Shown here piece by piece: positions 52,388 through 64,000 of a DNA stretch of 64,000 nt (positions are counted from its first letter, which is position 1; each line of letters starts with the position of its first letter). The translations under genes and the position numbers were made by a program. The notes below the pieces were generated by a model. It ran no database searches, was not told the DNA's origin, and saw only the letters and a list, made by a program, of their open reading frames with translations. Source of the DNA: Octopus bimaculoides. Its lineage: Eukaryota. The stretch spans positions 144,461,174 to 144,525,173 of the forward strand of contig NC_068981.1 in assembly GCF_001194135.2 (NCBI RefSeq), in the 5' to 3' direction.

Positions 52388-52683
52388 TATTTCTTTATAT
52401 TTTGTATCTTTTAATTCTTTGTATTTTGTATCTTTTCATTTGTCTTGCTTGCTTACATTCTGGTATTTGCTGAATTTTTTTGAGAACAATCTTTTCTTAG
52501 TGGTCAGACCGTAGGTGGTCTTAATCTAGCAAAAGGGATGTCCACTTAGTGGTCATCTCTCTTATATGTATGTAATATAAATTTTCTGAATCTTCAGATT
52601 TTTCAATTTGTTAGGCCACTGGTTTTAAATTGATACTAATCAAATTAATATTCAAATTTTTCACCCTTATTATTTAAATATAT

Positions 52684-52835
52684 ATATATTTATTTATTTA
52701 TATTAAGGGCATTACTATACACATTTCCTCGCGTTCGGTACTATGTGTTTATTATGGTAGTTTTGACTTTAAGAGTCCCTCCTAGGTGAGGCATTTACGC
52801 ATAGTAATGCCCTTAATATAAATAAATAAATATAT
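52684..52835. mobile_element. MITE-like element or fold-back with perfect 35-bp inverted termini
   Basis: 52684-52718 is the exact reverse complement of 52801-52835. Confidence 0.65.
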
Positions 52836-53529
52836 TTATAGGGAATAATTAATAAATTTTTCCCATATGAGGTTTTTCACGCTANNNNNNNNNNNNNNNN
52901 NNNNNNNNNNNNNNNNNNNNNNNNNNNNNNNNNNNNNNNNNNNNNNNNNNNNNNNNNNNNNNNNNNNNNNNNNNNNNNNNNNNNNNNNNNNNNNNNNNNN
53001 NNNNNNNNNNNNNNNNNNNNNNNNNNNNNNNNNNNNNNNNNNNNNNNNNNNNNNNNNNNNNNNNNNNNNNNNNNNNNNNNNNNNNNNNNNNNNNNNNNNN
53101 NNNNNNNNNNNNNNNNNNNNNNNNNNNNNNNNNNNNNNNNNNNNNNNNNNNNNNNNNNNNNNNNNNNNNNNNNNNNNNNNNNNNNNNNNNNNNNNNNNNN
53201 NNNNNNNNNNNNNNNNNNNNNNNNNNNNNNNNNNNNNNNNNNNNNNNNNNNNNNNNNNNNNNNNNNNNNNNNNNNNNNNNNNNNNNNNNNNNNNNNNNNN
53301 NNNNNNNNNNNNNNNNNNNNNNNNNNNNNNNNNNNNNNNNNNNNNNNNNNNNNNNNNNNNNNNNNNNNNNNNNNNNNNNNNNNNNNNNNNNNNNNNNNNN
53401 NNNNNNNNNNNNNNNNNNNNNNNNNNNNNNNNNNNNNNNNNNNNNNNNNNNNNNNNATATATATATATATGTATATATATATGTGTGTGTGTGCGTGTTT
53501 GAATGTATGTGTGTGTATACATACATAAA

Positions 53530-53561
<32 letters not shown>

Positions 53562-53827
53562 CACATACATATATATGTACGTTTTCATGTATGTGTACAA
53601 TATAAAAATCTGATCCGGCTATCAGGTCACAAATGTAAGTAAATCCCGACGTAATTTAATTGGACGAATGAAACGAAAATCCAGGATATATAAGCTGTAA
53701 AGTTTCCATTGATGTGCATATAAGCAAAAAACAAGAGATTTGAGGGAAAGAGCTTCAAAAATTTTCTTTAGTGTTTACAGCTGTTACTTCTCTCAAAAAT
53801 CTTGGCTTCTCACCACCCCTCCTTTTT

Positions 53828-54268
53828 TTTACTCTTTTACTTGTTTCAGTCATTTTGACTGTGGCCATGCTGGAGCACCGCCTTTTAGTCGAGCAAATTG
53901 ACCCCAGGATTTATTCTTTGTGAGCTTAGTACTTATTCTATCGGTTATTTTGCCGAACCGCTAAGTTACGGGGACATAAACACACCACCATCAGTTGTCA
54001 AGCGATGTTGGGGGGACAGACACAGACACACAAACATATACTCACACACACAAACACGCAAACACACACACACCCACACACACACACATATATATTTACA
54101 TATACATATATACAACGGGCTTCTTTCAGTTTCCATCTACCAAATCCACTCACGAGGCTTTGGTCGGCCCGAGGCTATAGTAGAAGACACTTTCCCAAGG
54201 TGCCACGCAGTGGGACTGAACCCGGAACCATGTGGTTGGTGAGCAAGCTACTTACCACACAGCCACTC
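53828..54268 (-). mobile_element. SINE family A, full length
   Basis: Same architecture as 8837-9250. Confidence 0.92.
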
Positions 54269-54420
54269 ATATAAATATGTGTGTGTGTATTCGTGTACAT
54301 GCGCATGCGCATGTGTGCTATAAATTGCTGTCATACTCATTAAATCATTTTATAAATTTTATAGGGACTATCAGAAATGCTTCGAGATTCTGATGGTATT
54401 ATTTCCAAACGCTGATATAA

Positions 54421-54449
<29 letters not shown>

Positions 54450-54452
<3 letters not shown>

Positions 54453-54670
54453 TGGCTTCATGTTTTGGTACAAGGCCTTCATTTTCTAAGCTAGGGGTAA
54501 GTCGATCACATAGATCCCAGTGCTAAACCGATACTTATTTTATCGACCCCGAAAGGATGAAAAGCAAAGTTGACCTCGGTGGGATTTGAACTCAGAATGT
54601 GATAGACGGATACAATGCCGCTAAGCATTTTGCCTGGCAGCGTAATGACGTTTCTACCAGGTCACCATCT
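54450..54670 (-). mobile_element. SINE family B
   Basis: tcgaccccgaaaggatgaaaagcaaagttgacctcggtgggatttgaactcagaa. Confidence 0.8.
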
Positions 54671-55161
54671 TCATATATAGATATATTGAAATGCATTATA
54701 TATTAGGAACATATCGCGTTTCACGTAGCTGGTTATAGATTAAAAAGAATATTTATTAGCCCCAAAAGAAAAAAATTCCCCTTCGGTGATATTTCAATGT
54801 TTCACAAATGAATATTAGCTGGTTCATTTCCAAATGATTTTATTTGTTTTTGACCCCTGAAAAGGTTCTGTGTGTATTAATATAATACAAGGATCCAGTT
54901 GCCATAAAAATGATCATACTCCCGATATGTAATGAATGCTTTGAACTGTTCTTCATTTAGTTGTTTATATCATTATATGTGTGCGTGTGTGAATGTGGGT
55001 GTTTGTGTGTGTTTGTGTGTATGCGTGACTGTGTGTGTTAAGTAATTTTAACAATAACTATCATTCATTTACTGATGATGAAACTCAGCACTAAAAGCCG
55101 TTTCCTTTTTCTTTTTCATTTAGAACTAATTTTGATCGGCCACCTTCTTAGTAGCCATATT

Positions 55162-55375
55162 CGTTTCTACTCTAGGCACATAGGCTGAAATTTTGGGGCA
55201 GGGGATCAGTTGATTAGATCGACTCCAGTATGCAACTGGTACTTAATTTATCGACCCTGAAAGGATGAAAGGCAAAGTCGACCTCGGCAGAATTTGAACT
55301 CAGAACGTAAAGACAGACGAAATACCGCTAAGCATTTCGCCCGGCGTGATAACGTTTATGCCAGCTCGCTGCCCT
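55162..55375 (-). mobile_element. SINE family B with 17-bp target-site duplication
   Basis: ttcttagtagccatatt at 55145-55161 and 55376-55392. Confidence 0.92.
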
Positions 55376-55670
55376 TTCTTAGTAGCCATATTGCGAAAAA
55401 GTGCGTCTTGTTCTATTCCTTGTCATTTAAATGTTAAAGTCTTGCAGATCTTTGTTGTACTAGATATTGTGATGATTTGTAGTGTATGAATTAAGGAGTA
55501 GCGTTGTCTTCCCAAGAACCCAAGTTCAGCCATTCTTTGCTCCATGTATGTATGTATGTAGGTAGGTAGGTAGGTAGGTTGGTGTGTTTATGTATGTATG
55601 TACGTATGTATGTATGTATGTATGTATGTATATATGTATGAGTGTGATCTCTGTCTGAAACAACATTCTC

Positions 55671-55712
<42 letters not shown>

Positions 55713-57432
55713 TTCTAGTAATTAAGCATTAAGTAATTAGGCATTAAGCAACTGCCACGCAGAGCAATTAATTGCATATCAATTTGAAATTCGGAAATGG
55801 AAATATTTAGAAAGTGTTCAAATGCACTGATAATCAGGTGCAGGAAGATCGCGTCGTCGACGACGCTGTCCACGTAATGTATTATTGTCAATGTAGATGA
55901 GAAACAATGAGTATTGTTGACAACTGTTTAACAGTAATACTCCCGAGATGAAGATTAAAACAAAACAATGACGTCTTTATGTTCAAATTTCGTAGGAGAA
56001 AACAGGATATCGTAAATCATTTCGTTCTACTTTCAGTTTGTTTTTAAATTGCTAATCTGTCAGGAATGTTATAAAATCATTTACTGAAACTTTAAATTAG
56101 ATTACTTAAATTTTCTCTAGATTCAATAAAAGACAATTATTTTCAAAGTGATCAAATGACTGTGAATACGACCTTAAAACCAATATTAATATATATGATA
56201 TGTTAAATGGCAGAAGGGCTATCATTTATTGCTTCTTCATTGCACGTGAAATTAATATTAAAACGTGGAAAGTGGGATGAAAAATTCATCGTTTTTGTTT
56301 TCAACTCTTTTAATCTCTCTTCTGTTATATTATAATATTTATATCGAGGAATTTTCATTTCTCTTCCTATTGACAATCTTAATGTATGTACACATCCTTC
56401 CTCCTCCTCCACCACCGCCCACTAGCTCTCATTAAATAATTTCATGCCGCTCACAACTTGAAACATTAATTTATTAACATTTAATACGGTTTAAATCTCA
56501 AATTCTTCACAACAGATTTGGTAATTTGATTAATTCTATTTAGATCAGCTTTAGTACCTGTCAGATTTTTGCTGGAAAAAAATCGGTATAAATACTTTAA
56601 ATAGAAGATTGCAACAAAAATAATATATATATGAAAAAGAAAGCATGAAAAATATTTACTAAAATTGTAAAGATAAAACGCAAATAGTAATTTCATTCAT
56701 TGTTATTTGTTTATGAGATTAATTTTCATATTGTTGGCATGTGTTATATGAGTGGCCGATGGGTGAAATTGAAGTAGATGAGATATAAAATTTTCATAAC
56801 GTTCTAATTTATACTTTGAGATAATTTTATTAATTTTGATATCTGTTATCAACAGTGGTCAGCTCCCTTGTTAGATGCACGATTTATCCAAAATATACGA
56901 AGACTGGTTCCTACTGTTTGTCTGTGTGTTAATGGATCCACAGTTAATAGGTCCGCAATTAATAGGTTATCATGATTATGAGATGGCCCATTTCTCAGGG
57001 ATTGGTGGCATCTTCTGGTTAAAGGTTTTCTAAATAATCTTTCTCATTAATGAGAAATACGAGTGTGCAAAAACGAGTGTAGGAACGACTATTTATAATA
57101 AAATTAAGCTGATTTCCAACATTTTAAACTTACCCAACGCTAAGACGAAAAAAGAAGGATTAAATGCATGCAAACATTATTTCATCTTCTCATTTATAAG
57201 AAGTAGGGGTTGTCAAAAACATTCAGTATTTGGGTGGGAATATTTTCTTGTGTCAGAGTCTCTAAACTAAGGAAAGCTAAATCGAGGACTAGAAGCTAAA
57301 TTGAAGGTGATATTAAGAATTTGAAGCTTTTACAATGAAATGCACCAAAACACTAGAAGTTGGAAGGCGCATGTAAATGTCCTATGATTTACTGGGAGAT
57401 AGAACGCAAAGAGAAACATAGTTAACATTAAA

Positions 57433-57607
57433 ATAGGCGCAAGATGTGTGGTAAGTAGCTTGTTTACCAACCACATGGCTCCGGGTTCAGTCCCACTGCG
57501 TGGCACCTTGGGCAAGTGTCTTCTACTATAGCCTCGGGCCGACCAAAGCCTTGTGAGTGGATTTGGTAGACGGAAACTGAAAGAAGCCCGTCGTATATAT
57601 GTATATG

Positions 57608-57687
<80 letters not shown>

Positions 57688-57883
57688 TGTGTTTGTCCCC
57701 CCAACATTGCTTGACAACCGATGTGTGTTTACGTCCCCGTAACGTAGCGGTTCAGCAAAAGGTGACCGATAGAATAAGCACTAGGCTTACAAAGAATAAG
57801 TCTTGGGGTCGATTTGCTCGACTAAAGGCGATGCTCTAGCATGGCCGCAGTCAAATGACTGAAACAAGTAAAAGAGTAAAGAG
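57433..57883 (+). mobile_element. SINE family A, full length
   Basis: gtgtggtaagtagcttg..ccgggttcagtcccactgcgtggcaccttgggcaagtg..(TA)(TG)..gaaacaagtaaaagagtaaagag. Confidence 0.92.
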
Positions 57884-59079
57884 TATAGTCGATAATATAT
57901 GTATTATCTTGGGAAACATTATTCTATGTATCCTGCCATTTTAAAAACACTTTTGTGTAATTGATGGAGATATAATTCCTATTTTTTGACAAGTGGTGGA
58001 GATCAAATACGCTTTGTCCGCTTCTGCCATGGCCAGGTACATAGTAAAACTAGAACTGAACTTTGCAAAATAACGAATCATATGTTGTAGTGCTCACAAT
58101 TGTTTGAGGGGTAAACCTCTAGAAAGGACCTATTTTCAATTGAAGGAGTTTTGGTGACGCACTCCAAGCGGTGATAAATTTGACCAATTTGACCTATTAA
58201 AATTCCTTGTTCTAACTGGGTTCGAGTTTTAGATGGAGAAACAGTCTATCTGTCAGCTTCTTGAACGAAGCACGAACTAGTTCCAGATATTTTAGAAATC
58301 CAAATCTTAGACATAAATGCTACTGAACATCAACCTAATTAATTTTAGCATTGTTGAAGGGTCATGAAGGCCACTGACGTACACTTCTCCTAGGCGATAC
58401 ATATAAAAGATATAAAAGTTCAGCAAAGATATATAAGAAAAACATTGGGGAAGGAGATGTAGTATAAATAATGTGTAAATTGATTGTATCTAAAACTAAT
58501 AATATCACACTTACTAAATATGTGCCAACCTAAACTTTTATCATGAATCTATTTGTAATAAGTATTTAATATTTCCACTGCTTCTTAGAAAATTTAAAGA
58601 AGGATTAATGATATCTTCAAATCGCAACGAATCTATATTCGTATATTTCTAATCAGATTTAGAAAAGTAGATTCGACAAAATACTTTGGTATTTAATGAT
58701 AAATACTATTGGATCATTATTTATTTAAATCTTTTAGATTGCCTTTAATTATTGAACTGTAGTCATACTGGGGATTTCCTACTAGGGTTTCTCTCAATTA
58801 TACTGACTCTGCCATTAGTCTGGTGCTAATTTTATCGATTTCCGGATCCCTCTTTATTGAGTGGTTGAATTGACCAAAATGGTTTCGTTCATTTGTTCGG
58901 TAGTTGCTACAAGAAAATATCGATTTATGTCAATATACACAAACACTGATACACTCTCATACACACACACACATACATGCTTGCATGAATGCATACACAC
59001 ATACATGCATACAGACATACGCACATACATGCATACACACATACATACATACATACATACATACATACATTACGGATTT

Positions 59080-59230
59080 CTGCATAGCTTCCTCTCTACC
59101 AATTTTACTCAGGAAACAGTTGTCAAATTGTGGTTATTGTAGAAGACACTAACAGTGCAAGGCATCAGGCGGGCGAATCGGACCGGGGATATATAAATAC
59201 AGCGAAATTCTTAATCACACAGCCATGCCT
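59080..59230 (-). mobile_element. Old SINE family A-related 5' fragment
   Basis: ttgtagaagacact..cttaatcacacagccatgcctg. Confidence 0.45.
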
Positions 59231-59544
59231 GTATCCAGTTATAGAACAATACGAATAAATTCATTTTGCTTTAAATAAGTTTACTTAGACAGGAATGATA
59301 GTGTGCGTTCTGGAAAATCTTCGTATAACGAAGAATTTCGTAATGCAAAACCATTTTTTTGTTGATTTCGACGTTATAAATCGAGATGCATTCCAATGGA
59401 TAATTTAGGGGGAAAAAAAACGAAAACAATACATCCAGTTTTATGCATGAAAATATTTTTTTAAAACTCATGCGGTACAGTAAGTATACACAAAAAATTT
59501 ATTTGCAGAGAAATATATTAGGAAATAGATAAGAATACGACAAT

Positions 59545-60330
59545 ATGGCCACTTCACAAATGAAGGTGACTATCGTGTGATGAGAAGACGTGCAGTAGAA
59601 GTTACTGAAAAGGAAAAGAGCATTTTAATCTACTTTGAAGATCACCATTGTCATTAGCATCTACTTTAGAGGTGAAGAGCTTTTCTTAGCTTATTTGAAA
59701 TTTAAGATGTTCAGTCTCTTTTGTACAGCTCAGTGCCGGAAGTGAGATCATTGTGGGCTCTCGTAATCACAATCAGAGTCATTATCAGCGAAGCCTTGTA
59801 GGTCTCTCTCTATAAGTGGCAAAACTTTAGCCATAGTCTTTACAGTCAACTGAAGGGGAGTAGATGGAGCCTTTATATGCCTTACTTACACTGCCTCTCC
59901 CTTTATTCTTATTATATCATTACCTCATTAGATCAATTTTCTCTGCGAAACTTCAGTATCTAAAAACATCATCTTGCGAACTCTTCAAATTCTGCGTCTT
60001 TTTCCCGTGTTGTAATATCTTTTCAACTTCATGCAGAAAACTGCTAAAGCTACAAATATATTCTAGTCATATGTTTTGTCAAATACCATTTATAGTTGAA
60101 GTTTCCATTTCATCCCACGACTCAGCCACATTATCCACAATATCCATAATGTTGATATTTTCCCCAAGTTCTCAGACAACATGCCTTGAAACTAATTCTC
60201 GTAACTTGGTCTATTAGCTGAAAGGAAAGAAATATGTTCTTTTTCTTGTAACGCAGCAAAATCAATCAAGTCACCGGATTTCTTGATGTCTTGTCTAAAA
60301 GGAGCAATGCTTTGTTGGTAATATTAAGCT
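59545..60330. mobile_element. Tigger/pogo remnant, N-terminal part on + and C-terminal part on -
   Basis: +: RRAVEVTEKEKSILIYFEDHH..SLFEI; -: KALLLLD, LIDQVTRISFKACCLR, MDIVDNVAESWDEMETSTINGI*, TVKTMAKVLPLIERDLQGF. Confidence 0.6.
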
Positions 60331-60342
60331 TCTTATTGAGAC

Positions 60343-60553
60343 GGCGAGCTGGCTGCATCGTTAGCATGCCGAGAAAAATGCTTAGTAGCATTTTGTCCAT
60401 CATTATGTTCTGAGTTCAAATTGCGCCGAGGTCGACTTTGCTTTTCATCCTTTGGGGGTCGATAAAATAAATACCAGCTAAGCATTGGAGTGGATATAAT
60501 CAATTTGCTCTGTCCTCGAAATTGCTGCACTAACGCCAACATTTGAAACCAAT
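60343..60553 (+). mobile_element. SINE family B
   Basis: ggcgagctggctgcatcgttagca..gagttcaaattgcgccgaggtcgactttgcttttcatcctttgggggtcgataaaa. Confidence 0.85.
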
Positions 60554-60983
60554 ATTACGCATATGTATACATATATATATATATAGAAACCGTGATTTAA
60601 GTTTTTAAAATTCTCAAAATTTAACCTTGTTTCCGTAAGCAAAATTACGAGCCATGTACCGAAATTAGTACTTATACTTTACGAATTTCATAAAAGACAA
60701 TTCCAAACCATATTATCCAAAATTCTGTGGATGCTTGTAATATGACTTCATCAAGACGCAATTGTTTAAATTTCGACAATCAACATGGTTTATTTAAAAT
60801 TTTCTAGATACACTTTGCTTGTTCATCTTTATTGCTGATGGAATCATATGTACTTCTCACCAGAGAATCAGCTGTCACAGACTAGCTTAATTTGCAAGAA
60901 ATTGCAGCTTAATTCTATCCAATTACACTCTACTAACTTTAAAAAGGGCGGTAATATCATATAATGTGGTCTTATATTTTTCA

Positions 60984-61350
60984 TCTTTTACTTGTTACAG
61001 TCATTTGACTTTAGCCATGCTAATCCACTGCCTTGAAGGGTTTTAGTCGAACAAATCAACCCCAGCACTTATTTTCTTAAGCCTGATACTTATTGTATCG
61101 GTGTCATTGGACAAACCGCTAAGTTACAGGGACGTAAGCACACAAACGCCGATTGACAAGCAGTGGGGTGGGGAAAAACACAGACACAAAGAGACACACA
61201 CACATCGATATATACATATACATATGTACGACGGGCTTCTTTCAGTTTTCGTCTACGAAATCCACTCACAAGTGTTTGGTCGGTCCGAAGCTATAGTAGA
61301 AGACACTTATCCAAGGTGCCACGCATTAGGACTGAGCCTGGGACCATATG
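60984..61350 (-). mobile_element. SINE family A, diverged
   Basis: cttttacttgtt..ccgctaagttacagggacg..acgggcttctttcag..gctatagtagaagacactt. Confidence 0.8.
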
Positions 61351-61501
61351 AGGTTTTTAAAGCCTCGTACTTATTCTATAGGTCTCTTTTGTCGAACCGC
61401 TAAGTTACAGGGACGGAAGTACACCAACACCGGTTGTCAGGCGGTGGGAGTAGACAAACACAGGCACAAAGAGACACACAGATACGTAGATACCTACATG
61501 C

Positions 61502-61538
<37 letters not shown>

Positions 61539-62622
61539 NNNNNNNNNNNNNNNNNNNNNNNNNNNNNNNNNNNNNNNNNNNNNNNNNNNNNNNNNNNNNN
61601 NNNNNNNNNNNNNNNNNNNNNNNNNNNNNNNNNNNNNNNNNNNNNNNNNNNNNNNNNNNNNNNNNNNNNNNNNNNNNNNNNNNNNNNNNNNNNNNNNNNN
61701 NNNNNNNNNNNNNNNNNNNNNNNNNNNNNNNNNNNNNNNNNNNNNNNNNNNNNNNNNNNNNNNNNNNNNNNNNNNNNNNNNNNNNNNNNNNNNNNNNNNN
61801 NNNNNNNNNNNNNNNNNNNNNNNNNNNNNNNNNNNNNNNNNNNNNNNNNNNNNNNNNNNNNNNNNNNNNNNNNNNNNNNNNNNNNNNNNNNNNNNNNNNN
61901 NNNNNNNNNNNNNNNNNNNNNNNNNNNNNNNNNNNNNNNNNNNNNNNNNNNNNNNNNNNNNNNNNNNNNNNNNNNNNNNNNNNNNNNNNNNNNNNNNNNN
62001 NNNNNNNNNNNNNNNNNNNNNNNNNNNNNNNNNNNNNNNNNNNNNNNNNNNNNNNNNNNNNNNNNNNNNNNNNNNNNNNNNNNNNNNNNNNNNNNNNNNN
62101 NNNNNNNNNNNNNNNNNNNNNNNNNNNNNNNNNNNNNNNNNNNNNNNNNNNNNNNNNNNNNNNNNNNNNNNNNNNNNNNNNNNNNNNNNNNNNNNNNNNN
62201 NNNNNNNNNNNNNNNNNNNNNNNNNNNNNNNNNNNNNNNNNNNNNNNNNNNNNNNNNNNNNNNNNNNNNNNNNNNNNNNNNNNNNNNNNNNNNNNNNNNN
62301 NNNNNNNNNNNNNNNNNNNNNNNNNNNNNNNNNNNNNNNNNNNNNNNNNNNNNNNNNNNNNNNNNNNNNNNNNNNNNNATATATATACATACATACATAC
62401 ATACATAAATACATACATACATACATGCAGACACACACAAACACACACACACACACACACATATATTCTACAGGCTTCTTTCAGTTTTCGTTTACTATAT
62501 CCACTCACAAGGTTTTGGTCGGCCCAAGGCTATAGTAGAAGTCACTTTCCTAAAGTACCACGTAGAGGGGCTGGACCCGGAACTATGTGATTGGAAAGCA
62601 AGCTTCTTACCACACATCCACG
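61351..62622 (-). mobile_element. SINE family A sequence on both sides of an assembly gap (one split copy or two)
   Basis: 3' part at 61351-61500 and 5' part at 62466-62622, separated by microsatellite and N gap. Confidence 0.65.
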
Positions 62623-64000
62623 CCTGCACCTATATACAGGAAGGCGGAATTGTTATGGCTGGGATACTTTCATAATAAATCTGTTTATTCAGAGTCTACT
62701 TGGAGAGAAAAATGAACAATAACAACAAGAAAGTCAAAACGTACTTCTGTCGTTAGATCACAGAAATGCGGCCTAGAAATCCACGCTTTTCATCTTACAT
62801 AGCATTTATAATATTTGGGAAAAAGTTAATTCAGTTTTTATTTCACCTAAAAGACTAACAAAGATAATATTAAAGCGATTAAAATAGTAAACGTAACGGA
62901 TTTTTTTTTTAAAGCAGAGGTAAGATACAAATTCAATTATTTTCCTATTCAATCAATTATGTAGATGTTGTTGTTGTTGCTGATGCTATTAAAGATAACC
63001 AGGAGTTGTGATGAAAATAATCAAACATCGTGTCGTCGCCGCCGGCATCATCATTATCATCATCATTATCAACATCATCATAATCAATCATCATCACTAT
63101 CATCATTTTATTATCAAAGCTAGAAATCAAATTTGATTTGAGAATAGTTTATTGTTTTTCTAGAACTTAAAACGTGGATAAGATTCTAATTCTCCTTCCA
63201 AATACATTAGTAACGTTAAATCTTTTCCAAACACTTTCAATTTAATTAAAGTTATTTTAATAACAAACATTGGTTTATCTACAAAAGACTGTTTATTTTT
63301 ATTTATTTTATTATACTAACTTCTTTAACATAATGCAATTTTGCGGAGACTATTGGAGAGGGTTTTTTTTTTTAATATGGTTTTCTCTAAGTCGGCCTTG
63401 TGAAGCTCGTTTCTGTAAGCTAGCTGTTTGCAAACACTGCGTCATAGCGCCTTGGTGGCCTTTAGGTGCGCCGGCAGGTTTGAAAGATATTTTGTCAGGC
63501 TTTACAAAATCTATATTGATACTAGAGCATCTAGGAACAAATATGCTAGTTATAATATAGTTACATACATGAATAATTATTAAAAAGTGGTAAACAATAA
63601 TAGTTAAGAAATATTTCTCCAAATTTTTAAACTTTGAAACAGTTTCTTTTTAATTTAAAGTGCACTCTTCATTAGCTTTAATGAGCACCACGAACTCAAA
63701 ACACTGAGAACCATTAATCTAAGTTATGCCTTATATACGGTTTTGTATTCGATTTTACAAAGCAATAAAACACTTCTCGGTTATATAGCATTTTCCTGAG
63801 TTCAGAATTGAGCTTTACACCAGCATGATGTATAGATATGATTAGGTAAATTGTGGATGTCTTAGTAATAGTCAGAAGACAGCCGTAATAAAATTATATA
63901 TATCCTCAATACGTTGACTAATGGGAAGTCATTCTATGTATTCTGCCAGGTTTCTCTGCCATCATTTCTCTAGTGTGACTAAGTAGCACGGAACAAACTA

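Larger units (their letters stand above)
51645..52680. mobile_element. Hammerhead-containing ~510-bp repeat, partial tandem plus inverted copy (retrozyme or non-autonomous Penelope-like)
   Basis: 51645-52154 unit, restart 52155-52237, inverted copy 52238-52680; hammerhead motifs at 51799-51870 (-) and 52316-52387 (+). Confidence 0.8.

Noticed and set aside
55072-55090. CUGAUGA-U-GAAAC
   Set aside because: No room for stem II and no flanking stems.

Overview
AT-rich, repeat-dominated eukaryotic genomic DNA. The SINE families and dense (AC)n/(AT)n/(ATT)n/(TATC)n microsatellites point to a coleoid cephalopod, most likely Octopus; this is inferred from recalled repeat families, not from a search. 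Eleven N-gaps, almost all bordered by microsatellites, make the long X-containing ORFs artefacts. No complete host gene is recognisable, only a few isolated candidate exons (best: 21027-21205, minus strand). The window contains at least five decayed Penelope-like elements (RT with LYRDD and/or GIY-YIG), two R4/Dong-type RLE LINE fragments, Tx1/L1-like and CR1-like LINE remnants, three Tc1/mariner and two Tigger/pogo remnants, three tRNA-derived SINE families, a tRNA-like pseudogene and a MITE-like hairpin. The most interesting observations are: (i) type I hammerhead-ribozyme folds in three unrelated repeat families, including a ~510-bp unit with no recognisable protein, arranged tandem-plus-inverted like a retrozyme; (ii) a Penelope GIY-YIG endonuclease whose GIY and YIG strands are separated by about 270 low-complexity codons. 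No prokaryotic features and no CRISPR array.
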